DNA from: an uncultured Gammaproteobacteria bacterium | GTDB lineage: Bacteria > Patescibacteriota > Microgenomatia > Levybacterales > UBA12049 | Length of the DNA stretch: 64,000 bases | Assembly (NCBI GenBank): GCA_964497535.1 | Contig: CAZCCG010000002.1 | Coordinates: forward strand, 104,227 to 168,226 | Direction of reading: 5' to 3' | Part shown: piece after piece, positions 28,569-37,576 of the stretch | Layout: every line of letters begins with the position of its first letter | Position numbering within the stretch: the first letter of the stretch is position 1 | Position numbers and translations under genes: made by a program | The notes under the pieces: generated by a model | What the model was told of the DNA's origin: nothing | The model's database searches: none | The model's input: the letters and a program-made list of their open reading frames with translations, nothing else

Positions 28569-28640
28569 TGGACCCGAGAGGATTCGAACCCCTGACATCT
28601 GCAATGTGAATGCAGCGCTCTACCACTGAGCTACGAGTCC
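28569..28640 (-). tRNA. tRNA-Val (anticodon CAC)
   Basis: Cloverleaf by eye: acceptor GGACTCG/CGGGTCC, D-arm GCTC-AGTGGTA-GAGC, anticodon arm CTGCA-TTCACAT-TGCAG, T-arm with TTCGAAT loop. No encoded CCA. Confidence 0.85.
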
Positions 28641-28808
28641 TAATAAACCAGCTGCTTGCCCCGTATATTTGCTCTTGCGAAACCCCGATATAATGGGGAT
28701 GAGCAAGTAAGAATTGTACGGGGAGCCAAGCGGCCTCAAATCAACCCTTATCTTACCATAAAAACCCTCACATTGACAAAGAAAGCCAATATTTGGGAGA
28801 ATAGATAG

Positions 28809-29399
28809 ATGAGTCTTACTACCCGAATATTTCTCTTCCTTGTTGATATTGCCCAAACACTTCTGATTGCAGGAGTTTTATTTTTAATCATTTATAAAAC
28901 GCTGGTAGCTCCTTTTCAGGTCAATGGACAATCTATGTTTCCCAATTTCCATGATGGAGAGTATGTGCTTACCAACCTGATCGGATTTGAAGATCTCTTT
29001 GTATATAAAGTACATTTTGGCAAGCTCAAATTAGGAGATGTAGTGGTATTTAAGGCTCCTCCTGATCCTTCAAAAGATTATATAAAACGTGTAATTGGCG
29101 TGGCAGGTGATACCGTAATGATCCAAAATGGGGATGTTTATTTGAATGGAAAACTTCTTGACCAAAGTTCGTTTCTGGGAGCTGAGGTAAAAACATACGG
29201 CGGAGCATTTATGCCGGAAGGGGTTACCAAAACAGTACCACAAGGGAATTATTTTGTAATGGGTGACAATCGGGGAGGAAGTTCAGATTCGCGGGAATGG
29301 GGATTTGTTCCTCAAGATGTAGTAATTGGGACATCCATGTTAGTGTATTGGCCGGTTAATGAAGTACGAATAGTGAAAAATCCCTATACCAAACAATAA
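28809..29399 (+). CDS. lepB: Signal peptidase I
   Basis: N-terminal TM helix, catalytic Ser region GQSMFPNF, Lys box YIKRVIGVAGD, and GDNRGGSSDSR. Confidence 0.85.
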   Translation: MSLTTRIFLFLVDIAQTLLIAGVLFLIIYKTLVAPFQVNGQSMFPNFHDGEYVLTNLIGFEDLFVYKVHFGKLKLGDVVVFKAPPDPSKDYIKRVIGVAGDTVMIQNGDVYLNGKLLDQSSFLGAEVKTYGGAFMPEGVTKTVPQGNYFVMGDNRGGSSDSREWGFVPQDVVIGTSMLVYWPVNEVRIVKNPYTKQ

Positions 29400-30233
29400 T
29401 TATTCTGCCAAACCTTCTTTTGTTAAAATTTCGTGGATTTTCTTCAGCTGTGGTGACGTTTTTTCCGGATCTCCTTTGATCACAATTGTCATACGAGCCA
29501 ACAAACGGGATTGAAATACTGATACTTTGTCAAATTCATATTTCTTCTCAATTGCCTGTGCCATTTCATCAAGCTCAGGAATCCATAACCGGTCTTTTTT
29601 GGTGTTGGGCTCTTTTTTCTGTTGTTCACCTTTGATATGCCGGGCATCTTCCTCTGCCTGACGAACCGTCAGATTTTCTTTGAGAATCTTTTTAAAAAGT
29701 TCCAGCATAAGCTTGGGATCTCCCAAAGAAATCAAAGGCCGCACATGTCCTTCGGTAATAACTCCGGCTACTAACGCATCTTTAATAGCATCAGGAAGCG
29801 TCAATAACCGAATCGTGTTGGAAACTGCAGGAGCACTTTTTCCTACTCTTTTAGCAACTTCTGTGGTTCCGAGACCAAATTCATCAATAAGTCTCTTGTA
29901 TGCCAGGGCTCGTTCAATAGGATTAAGATCCTCCCGTTGTACATTTTCAACGATTGACATCTCAAGCATTCCCTGAGGAGTGGTTATCTTCACGACTACA
30001 GGAACCACCTTCAAGCCTACAATTTTTGCTGCTCTCCAACGGCGTTCACCTGCAATAATCTGATACCCTGCCGGTGTTTTGGCAACTACAATTGGTTCCA
30101 AAATCCCCTGTTCTTTAATAGAATCAACCAGTTCTGAAAGAGATTCGGGCATAATTACACCCCGGGGCTGAAGAGGATTTGACTGAAGGAGCTGAATTTC
30201 CAGCTCGTATATTCGTTCTTCTTGTGAATCCAT
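29400..30233 (-). CDS. parB: ParB/Spo0J family chromosome partitioning protein
   Basis: ParB box GERRWRAA and an HTH region. Its stop abuts the lepB stop (convergent, zero gap). Confidence 0.85.
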   Translation of the reverse strand: MDSQEERIYELEIQLLQSNPLQPRGVIMPESLSELVDSIKEQGILEPIVVAKTPAGYQIIAGERRWRAAKIVGLKVVPVVVKITTPQGMLEMSIVENVQREDLNPIERALAYKRLIDEFGLGTTEVAKRVGKSAPAVSNTIRLLTLPDAIKDALVAGVITEGHVRPLISLGDPKLMLELFKKILKENLTVRQAEEDARHIKGEQQKKEPNTKKDRLWIPELDEMAQAIEKKYEFDKVSVFQSRLLARMTIVIKGDPEKTSPQLKKIHEILTKEGLAE

Positions 30234-30241
30234 ACAATTGG

Positions 30242-30499
30242 TTAACCTTGAGCAGTAACTACCTCTACTACTTTTTTGCCTCTGCGGATTTTAAACTGAA
30301 CAACACCCTGCGCTACCGCAAATAAGGTGTAATCTCTTCCCATACCCACATTTTTCCCAGGATGAAATTTAGTACCTTTTTGACGAACCAAAATATTTCC
30401 CGCAATTGCAGGCTGTCCACCATAGATTTTAACTCCAAGTCTTTTGGCTTTGGAATCTCTATTTCCTTTAACTGCTCCTTGTGCTTTTGTATGTGCCAT
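30242..30499 (-). CDS. rpmA: 50S ribosomal protein L27
   Basis: MAHTKAQG...[13 protein letters not shown] is the canonical L27 N-terminus. Confidence 0.9.
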   Translation of the reverse strand: MAHTKAQGAVKGNRDSKAKRLGVKIYGGQPAIAGNILVRQKGTKFHPGKNVGMGRDYTLFAVAQGVVQFKIRRGKKVVEVVTAQG

Positions 30500-30572
30500 A
30501 TAAATCTTTGTTTGTGAAAACTTAAGTCTATTTTAGCTTGATTTTTCACAATGTCAAGCTACTCAAAATAGA

Positions 30573-30995
30573 TCAGCTTGTTTTACTTTTTTTGACGATT
30601 GCTTTCTTTTTTACAACCTTGGGTGCTACGCTTCCTTTTTCTACTTTGGGGGCTGTTTCTACTTTTTTTGCGGGTTTGTCATCCTTGCCACGAATTTGGC
30701 TGATTTTGACTTTGGTCAAAGATTGACGATGTCCCTGTACTCTTCTATATCGTGCTTTTGCCTTGAATTGAGAAACGCGAATTTTGTCGCCTTTCATATC
30801 GCCCAGAATATCGGCTGTTACAACCACATCTGAAAGAAGAGGAGCCCCAACGAGTGAATGAGCATCATTTACATACAAAAGAACTTCTCCAAAGGTGATT
30901 GTCTTCCCATCATGGGTAAGTCGCTCTACCTCAAGGATATCCCCTTCTGATACTCTATATTGCTTTCCCCCGGTCTTAATAACTGCGTATTTCAT
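30573..30995 (-). CDS. rplU: 50S ribosomal protein L21 (with Lys-rich C-terminal extension)
   Basis: MKYAVIKTGGKQYRVSEGD is the canonical L21 start. Confidence 0.9.
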   Translation of the reverse strand: MKYAVIKTGGKQYRVSEGDILEVERLTHDGKTITFGEVLLYVNDAHSLVGAPLLSDVVVTADILGDMKGDKIRVSQFKAKARYRRVQGHRQSLTKVKISQIRGKDDKPAKKVETAPKVEKGSVAPKVVKKKAIVKKSKTS

Positions 30996-31022
30996 AGATA
31001 TTTGGGTATTATACCAAAATAC

Positions 31023-32102
31023 TCACCGGATTTCTAGAATCTCCTTCTTTTTGGAGTATCTACTAAAAGAAGAGACTATTCCTACTATTATAAAACTGGA
31101 GAGAATGGAGCTACCTCCATAGGATACAAAGGGCAATGTAATACCTACAATCGGAACCAACCCGATATTCATGCCTATGTTTATAAAAAATTGGATTAAT
31201 AACAGAAAAAAGGCTGAAATGGTGAATATTTTACAAAACATATCGGAGGAATCCAAAAATACACGAAACATGTGATAGAGAAGCAAAGCAAAGAGCACAA
31301 TTACCAAAACTGAGCCTACAAACCCTAAATCTTCCGAAAGGGTAGCAAATATAAAATCTGTATGATGCTCAGGCAAAAACTGTAACCCCGATTGTGTCCC
31401 CAAGCTCAACCCCTTGCCAAAAAATCCTCCGGATCCCACCGCAATCAGTGACTGAATCGCATTATAAGAAATGCCCAATGGATCGCTAGCGGGATTGATA
31501 AATGTCAAAAGCCGTTGCCGTTGATATCCATGCAGAAACGTCAGCAAAAAAGGAAAAGAAATTCCCACCAATACTATTCCTCCTAGAAATACCCAGAGTG
31601 GATATCCGACAACCAACAAAGTAGAAAATACGACAAGACAATATAAAATCGCGTTGCCCAGATCCGGTTGCTTATCAATCAGAAGTACAATGGGAGAAAG
31701 AAAAAGCAGTACCAGAAAAAAATTTCTGACAGTGGGAGTTCTCTGGGATAAAAAAGTTGCAAAGGCAATCAGGAGAAATGGTTTGAGAATTTCTGAGAAT
31801 TGAATACGAAACCCTATAATTTCAACCCAACGGACTGCTCCGCGGCTGGAGATTCCCAACAGGAGCACCAATACCAATAATATAAAAGAAACAATATAAA
31901 TCGGCTTCTCATATATTTGCAAAAGCCGGATATCTATTTGAGAAATACCAACAAATACAATCAATGAGAAAATCGCATATACGAGCTGGGCTTTAAAATA
32001 ATCTCCCTGAATAGAAAAAAGAGTAACTAACCCCAGAAGTACCAGAAAAACCACCGGCAATAGAATTCCCCAATTAATATTGGCCAAAAGTGATCTGATC
32101 AT
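31023..32102 (-). CDS. SEDS family peptidoglycan glycosyltransferase (FtsW/RodA)
   Basis: 10-TM layout and the conserved GSGGFFGKGLSLGTQ ... LPEHHTDFIFA motifs. Confidence 0.85.
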   Translation of the reverse strand: MIRSLLANINWGILLPVVFLVLLGLVTLFSIQGDYFKAQLVYAIFSLIVFVGISQIDIRLLQIYEKPIYIVSFILLVLVLLLGISSRGAVRWVEIIGFRIQFSEILKPFLLIAFATFLSQRTPTVRNFFLVLLFLSPIVLLIDKQPDLGNAILYCLVVFSTLLVVGYPLWVFLGGIVLVGISFPFLLTFLHGYQRQRLLTFINPASDPLGISYNAIQSLIAVGSGGFFGKGLSLGTQSGLQFLPEHHTDFIFATLSEDLGFVGSVLVIVLFALLLYHMFRVFLDSSDMFCKIFTISAFFLLLIQFFINIGMNIGLVPIVGITLPFVSYGGSSILSSFIIVGIVSSFSRYSKKKEILEIR

Positions 32103-35056
32103 ATGCGTTGGACAGAAAACGCATCACTTGTTGAAAGGTTGCGAACCAATGCTTGTTTTTTGATATGCTCTTCAAATTCTTTCGGCCAATCAGACAACGT
32201 CACATCTACCTGTTCAGAAAGTGTCGTGCCAAGTTTTTTTCTCTCTTCCTGAATCTTTCTCACAATATCTCTGGCTTGTCCTTCCTTCTCAAGCTGAGGA
32301 GTAATCATAGTATCAAGTTCAACCTTGAGTTCTCCCGTTCCTTTTTCAAACTTTATTTCCTTAACATTTAGTTCTTCTTTTAATAATTGCGTCATTTGAT
32401 CATTGAATGAAAATTGAAAATTATAAATTGTAAATTTAGATAAGGGTTGTTTTACTTTTAGTTGTTTCTCCTTCCGCTGTGCATGCCCAAGTTCTACAAT
32501 CTTTCTAATGTGATCCATCTGCGCTCCCAATTCTTGATTCATAATTCGTGATTCATAATTTGGCCATGCAGCAAGATGAACAGATTCTTCCCCAGTTAAA
32601 TTCTTGTAAATACTTTCGGCAAAAAAAGGCGTGATCGGAGCAAGAAGCTTAGATAGTGTTATGAGAACTTCATAACAGGTAGCATAAAATGCTTGTTTGT
32701 CTGCTTCATCCTCTGTGCTTGGTCCGACTCTATCACGACTGCGTCTGATATACCACGTTGAAAAATCAGTAATAAAGTTTTGAAGAAGTGTTATTGCGGT
32801 AACCGTATCAAAATCTTCCAGTGCATCAGTTACCTCTTTGATAAGCGTATGTAAAAGAGAACTAATCCACTGATCCAATATATTCTTTGAAATTGGAAAT
32901 TGGAAATTGGAAATTTGAAATTCTTTTAGATTCCATCCATCAGTCGTGGCGTAGGTTACAAAGAAGTTATAGACATTCCACAAAATCAGCATCATTCCCC
33001 GTACCTGCAGACGGTATTGTTCTTCAGAAATGATAATATCCTCTCCATGCATGACCGGGCTTCCCAACAAATAGAGGCGCAATGCATCTCCTCCATATCG
33101 TTCAAGCATTTCTTTGGGGTCAGGATAGTTTTTGAAGTTTTTACTCATTTTTCTGCCATCAGTTCCCAGAATTACTCCTTCAACTACTACATTTTTTGCC
33201 AGATAATTCTGTCCGTCATGGCGCAACTTGAGTGCATTGGCAATAACATGCAGGACATAAAACCATGCCCGGATTTGTCCGGTGTATTCGGCAATAAATT
33301 GCGGAGGATAAAAACTCTCAAGAGGAGGCAACTTGCCCTGAGAGGAATCAAAGGGCTTGCCCTGAGCGGAGTCGAAGGGCTTGCCCTGAACGGAGCTGAA
33401 GGGATAATGCCGTTCACCAAAAGAGGCAGAACCGGCTTCTATCCAACTGTCCAGAACCTCCGGTACCCGATGGGCTTTTTTGCCGCATTTTTTGCACGTT
33501 ACAACAATCTCATCAATCTCGGGTTTGTGCAAAGTAGTAACTGTTTGCCCTGACGCTTGCTCTAATTCTTTAATACTACCCGGTACAAACCGCTGTCCAC
33601 ATTCACATTCCCATACCGGCACCGGACTTCCCCAATATCTGTTACGGGATATATTCCAATCAGGAGCATTCTCAAGACTCTTTAAAAATCTACCGTTTTT
33701 AAAATGAGCCGGGAACCAATTCACCATTTCATTCGTCTTGGCCATATCCTTTTTCAAATCCTGGACATGCACATACCATGCATTAATTGGAGCGTGATAC
33801 AAACGAGTATGACACCGCCAGCATAGCGGGACATTATGTAATGCTTCTTCGTTTCTATAAATTAATCCTCTGTTTTTCAAATCTTCGTCCACAACCTTAT
33901 TGGCTTTGAGATAATACATGCCGCCAAATTTGGGAACATCGGTTTTGATAATTCCCTCTTCATCCAAATGCATTTCGATATGGATATTATTCTCAAGCAT
34001 TGCCTTCAAATCTTCTTCTCCATATGGTGCTATCGTGACAACGCCAGTCCCCTCTTCTGCGGTGACAAAATCTCCCCCAACGATTTCAAATGCTTTTTCT
34101 CCGGGTTCGATTGGATAGTAATCATAATGAGGAATAAAATGCCGCCCGATCAGTTTGGTGCCTTTGAATTCTTCAACAACTTCATATTCTCCCGTGAGCA
34201 TTTTAAGGGTGGTCTTTGCGAGAATATAATACTCATCACGTTGCTTAACTTTCATATATGTGAATTGGGGATTTACTGCCAGAGCCGAAGTTACAATTTT
34301 ATTCCATGGAGTAGTAGACCACGCTAATATGAAAGTCCCCGGTTCGTCTTTCAATTCATACTTATATGTCGTTGCCGCATCAAGAATTTCTTTATGGTTC
34401 TCAGCATCCATTGCTACTTCAAAATTGGAAATGGGGGTTGCACAATGTGGACAGTAGAGTGAAACCCGAAGACCTTTATAAACAAACCCTTTCTCATACA
34501 TTTGCTTAAAAACCCACATGACCGATTCCATGTAGGGCATGTCCCAGGTTTTATAGGCATGCTTGAAATCTGCCCATCTCCCAATATGATCGATATACCA
34601 CTCCCATTCCCCTGAAACTTCATTTACGTAGTGAAGGCATCGTTGAATAAACTTTTTTATTCCGATTTTTTCTTCAATATCTTTTTTGCGCTTTATCTCC
34701 AATTCTCCCTCTACTTTGTTTTCAATCGGAAGTCCGTGTCCATCCCATCCCCATACCCGTCGCACATGATACCCCTTCATTGTCCAATACCGGCCATAGA
34801 CATCTTTAGGGAGACTGGAAAGAAGGGTTCCATAATGCGGCATGCCGGTAACAAAAGGCGGACCGTCCAGAAATGTCCAGTCACCTTTGGGAGAATCCTT
34901 TTCCAAAGACTTTTCAAATATTTTATCTTTTTTCCAAAACTTCAATATCTCTTCCTCAAGTTGTGGGAAATTTACTTTAGGATCAACAGGAGCAAACCTG
35001 TTTTGTTTTTTGTCAGCCATATGCCTCATTGTACCTAATTTATGCTTATTCTTCAA
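32099..35056 (-). CDS. ileS: Isoleucine--tRNA ligase
   Basis: HYGT (HIGH-class) motif PHYGTLL, KMSKN (KMSKS) motif, and zinc-finger Cys pairs. ATGA overlap with ftsW/rodA. Confidence 0.95.
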   Translation of the reverse strand: MKNKHKLGTMRHMADKKQNRFAPVDPKVNFPQLEEEILKFWKKDKIFEKSLEKDSPKGDWTFLDGPPFVTGMPHYGTLLSSLPKDVYGRYWTMKGYHVRRVWGWDGHGLPIENKVEGELEIKRKKDIEEKIGIKKFIQRCLHYVNEVSGEWEWYIDHIGRWADFKHAYKTWDMPYMESVMWVFKQMYEKGFVYKGLRVSLYCPHCATPISNFEVAMDAENHKEILDAATTYKYELKDEPGTFILAWSTTPWNKIVTSALAVNPQFTYMKVKQRDEYYILAKTTLKMLTGEYEVVEEFKGTKLIGRHFIPHYDYYPIEPGEKAFEIVGGDFVTAEEGTGVVTIAPYGEEDLKAMLENNIHIEMHLDEEGIIKTDVPKFGGMYYLKANKVVDEDLKNRGLIYRNEEALHNVPLCWRCHTRLYHAPINAWYVHVQDLKKDMAKTNEMVNWFPAHFKNGRFLKSLENAPDWNISRNRYWGSPVPVWECECGQRFVPGSIKELEQASGQTVTTLHKPEIDEIVVTCKKCGKKAHRVPEVLDSWIEAGSASFGERHYPFSSVQGKPFDSAQGKPFDSSQGKLPPLESFYPPQFIAEYTGQIRAWFYVLHVIANALKLRHDGQNYLAKNVVVEGVILGTDGRKMSKNFKNYPDPKEMLERYGGDALRLYLLGSPVMHGEDIIISEEQYRLQVRGMMLILWNVYNFFVTYATTDGWNLKEFQISNFQFPISKNILDQWISSLLHTLIKEVTDALEDFDTVTAITLLQNFITDFSTWYIRRSRDRVGPSTEDEADKQAFYATCYEVLITLSKLLAPITPFFAESIYKNLTGEESVHLAAWPNYESRIMNQELGAQMDHIRKIVELGHAQRKEKQLKVKQPLSKFTIYNFQFSFNDQMTQLLKEELNVKEIKFEKGTGELKVELDTMITPQLEKEGQARDIVRKIQEERKKLGTTLSEQVDVTLSDWPKEFEEHIKKQALVRNLSTSDAFSVQRI
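33333..33404 (-). repeat. In-frame 3 x 24-bp GC-rich tandem repeat inside ileS encoding (PFDS[AS]QGK)x3
   Basis: Three near-identical 24-nt units (CTTGCCCTGAGNGGANTCNAAGGG). The local GC is about 58% against about 38% for the gene. Confidence 0.8.
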
Positions 35057-35082
35057 TCCAGCCTATCTGTTATAATTGCGCT

Positions 35083-35448
35083 ATGAATAAACGACGAATT
35101 GTTGAGACGTATACCCAAGGTTGGGAGAGAGGAAATAAAGAACAAATTCTGAGTGTTTTGAACACTGACTGCACGATTATTGAATCCCATGGACCTTTGT
35201 ATCGGGGTTTGCAAAAAGTAGAGTTGTGGATTGATGATTGGAAGAAAAAAAGAAATAGAGTAATGCGCTGGGATATTAAATCTTTTTACGTCCTCCAGGA
35301 CACGGTCCTTTTTGAATGGCATTTTCAGTGCATGGTAGATAATATGGCACATGCATTTGATGGAATTAGTATTGTGAAGTTCTCAAAAAACAAAATAAGC
35401 TATATACGCGAATACAAAACAACCGCTCCCCTCTACACCCCTAACTAA
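35083..35448 (+). CDS. NTF2-like/SnoaL-like small protein
   Basis: Start trimmed to the ATG at 35083, which is preceded by a TATAAT box. Weak similarity to NTF2-fold proteins (WERGNKEQILSVL...). Confidence 0.35.
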   Translation: MNKRRIVETYTQGWERGNKEQILSVLNTDCTIIESHGPLYRGLQKVELWIDDWKKKRNRVMRWDIKSFYVLQDTVLFEWHFQCMVDNMAHAFDGISIVKFSKNKISYIREYKTTAPLYTPN

Positions 35449-35526
35449 CTCTATACTTTACGCTTTACGTTTCCTCTTTAACTATACGCTATACCCTAAC
35501 ACCTAAACGCTAACGCATTCTCCCTA

Positions 35527-36975
35527 TTGTTTTTGAAAAAAAATTCTAATACACTATTTTATACTGCAATGAAATACATCTTTATTACCTTTGCCAGACT
35601 TGCTGACCCAGTCGCTTACAAACTAAAACTTGAAGGTTTTGATGTAACCGTCGGCGTTATCGAAAATGTCAAAGAATACGTAATGGAAGAGGAAGTATCA
35701 GGAGCCAAAGAAGATGAATACGAAAAGCAAACCCGTATCTCCCAATTTAAAGGACTATTAGAACTGCAAGAAGCCAATAAAGTTATTGAATGGATGAAAA
35801 CTATCAAGAATCCTCATGACTATTTTGTTTTTTTTGATGAAAACAATTTATATCGATGGGCAGATAAAATCCGTGATTTGGGCTTTGAGGGAAATTTCCC
35901 CACCAAAGAAGATTTCATGTTTGAAATAGACCGCGACATGGCGAAAAAATTTGTAAAAGAACATTATCCCCGACTCAATACTCCCGAAGTTGTAGAATTT
36001 AGCAAAGTTGAAGATGCACTGAAATTTGTAGAAAAGACAGACCAGATTTGGGTACTGAAAGGAAAAGATGATAGCGCCCAAACATTTGTCCCCGACGTAA
36101 ATGATGTAGGGTTGGCAAAGGGACAATTGACAGAGATGCTTAAAAACTTCCCCAACAAATATGAAAAACGGGGATTTATCCTGGAGCTTTTGATCCCATC
36201 AATCGTAGAACTAACTCCTGAAAAACTCTATTATGATGGTGTTCCGTTGGGCACCAGTATCGATCTGGAAAACAAGTCATTTGGGAGCGGAAATATCTCG
36301 ACTCAGACAGGATGTGCCCAGGATCTGGTGTTTCCGACGGATATGGATGACCGTATCAATCGAATTGCTTTCCCCGAAATTGTTGATGAAATGGCGAGAA
36401 ATCATAAAGGACTTTTCATCTGGGATGCGTCAATTCTTATCAATAGACGGGATGGGAAAATGTATTTTGGGGAATTCTGTTCAAACCGCGCCGGATACAA
36501 TTCATTCTTTACAGAACTTGCGCAATCTCCATCTGTAAATGACTTTTTTGAAAAAGTAGTCCACAAAAAAAATCCCTATACCCTGGGAACTGTTGCCACA
36601 TCAGTCCGTATTTTTAACATGAATACCGATGATAATGATAAAGTTTCGGCAAATATCACTATTGATTACAAACCGGAAATCGAAAAAGATTTATGGTTGT
36701 GGGATGTACGCAAAAATCAGCGGGGAAGACTTGTTACCGTCGGTGCGGATTGGAATTTAGCAGTCATTACAGGATCGGGCAAATCAATTGATGAAGCTGT
36801 AAATAGAATGTATAAAAATGTTGATGGGTTTTCATTTGTAGGAGGGTATTGGAGATCAAAAGACGATTACTTATCCCTGGATTATTCAACTTCAATTCTC
36901 AACCGGTTAAATTACGGATTGGAACGAGGACTCTACAAACTTCCTTTTGACGTAAAAGTCGGGAATATTAAATAA
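35527..36975 (+). CDS. ATP-grasp superfamily protein with PurD-like (glycinamide ribonucleotide synthetase-like) pattern
   Basis: The central region WVLKGKDDSAQTFV...GFILELLIP...YYDGVPLGT...GSGNISTQTGCAQD...LFIWDASILINRRDGKMYFGEFCSNRAGYNS follows the PurD ATP-grasp motif order. There is no neighbouring purine-pathway gene. Confidence 0.4.
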   Translation: MFLKKNSNTLFYTAMKYIFITFARLADPVAYKLKLEGFDVTVGVIENVKEYVMEEEVSGAKEDEYEKQTRISQFKGLLELQEANKVIEWMKTIKNPHDYFVFFDENNLYRWADKIRDLGFEGNFPTKEDFMFEIDRDMAKKFVKEHYPRLNTPEVVEFSKVEDALKFVEKTDQIWVLKGKDDSAQTFVPDVNDVGLAKGQLTEMLKNFPNKYEKRGFILELLIPSIVELTPEKLYYDGVPLGTSIDLENKSFGSGNISTQTGCAQDLVFPTDMDDRINRIAFPEIVDEMARNHKGLFIWDASILINRRDGKMYFGEFCSNRAGYNSFFTELAQSPSVNDFFEKVVHKKNPYTLGTVATSVRIFNMNTDDNDKVSANITIDYKPEIEKDLWLWDVRKNQRGRLVTVGADWNLAVITGSGKSIDEAVNRMYKNVDGFSFVGGYWRSKDDYLSLDYSTSILNRLNYGLERGLYKLPFDVKVGNIK

Positions 36976-36988
36976 AGCAGCTTATTCT

Positions 36989-37504
36989 TTAGTTCTCTTC
37001 CCAAACTTCCGCAATCGCAACTTTTGATTTTTCTATTCTTTTTTCAGACGGTTGGTCTTTGTGTAGTTGGTCAGTGACATGCTCCACAGCGGTCTGGATT
37101 TTTGCAGTATCAATTCGTTTCTCATGGCTCTTCCAGTCATATCCCAGGTTTTCTATAAATTGACGTTCAATTTTATTGGCGAGCCGGTGATATTTTCGAT
37201 ATAATTTGTACTCTTGAGGATACTGATCCGGAGCATCATCATCAGTATCAAATTTATCAATAAGTGCGGGGGTAATTCCTGCAGATTTTATCAATGTAAA
37301 TTCGATAAATTCATGGATAAAAATTGCGTTGTTGACAATCGGGTCACCCATATCATAGGCAACAATCGTATTATCAAAATAGTCTCCCACATCTTCATAC
37401 CGCATGATTTTGCGGATTTCAAAACGCACCTTTTGGTAGTCTACGAGTCGTTCCTTGAGCTCATCCTGGGATTTCATGTCCCTATTATAGCTCTTCATTT
37501 CCAA
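36989..37504 (-). CDS. Hypothetical protein
   Basis: 171-aa ORF with no recognised motif. Confidence 0.4.
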   Translation of the reverse strand: MEMKSYNRDMKSQDELKERLVDYQKVRFEIRKIMRYEDVGDYFDNTIVAYDMGDPIVNNAIFIHEFIEFTLIKSAGITPALIDKFDTDDDAPDQYPQEYKLYRKYHRLANKIERQFIENLGYDWKSHEKRIDTAKIQTAVEHVTDQLHKDQPSEKRIEKSKVAIAEVWEEN

Positions 37505-37576
37505 AAAAGAAACGTACTCATCAAACCCTTACTGCTTTCATATACCCTTCTTACTCTTGCTTACTATCATTAGCCT

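Noticed and set aside
28641-28808. Possible sigma-70 promoter (TTGACA at 28774) upstream of lepB
   Set aside because: No convincing -10 hexamer lies at the proper spacing, so it is too weak to report as a feature.
30573-30995. Lys-rich C-terminal extension on L21 and the absence of a Prp protease gene between rplU and rpmA
   Set aside because: L27 starts directly with the mature-like MAHTKAQG sequence, so no Prp-dependent processing is needed. L21 extensions are common, so this is not anomalous.
33017-33553. 178-aa plus-strand ORF inside ileS
   Set aside because: It is antisense to the strongly supported ileS coding sequence and has no motif.
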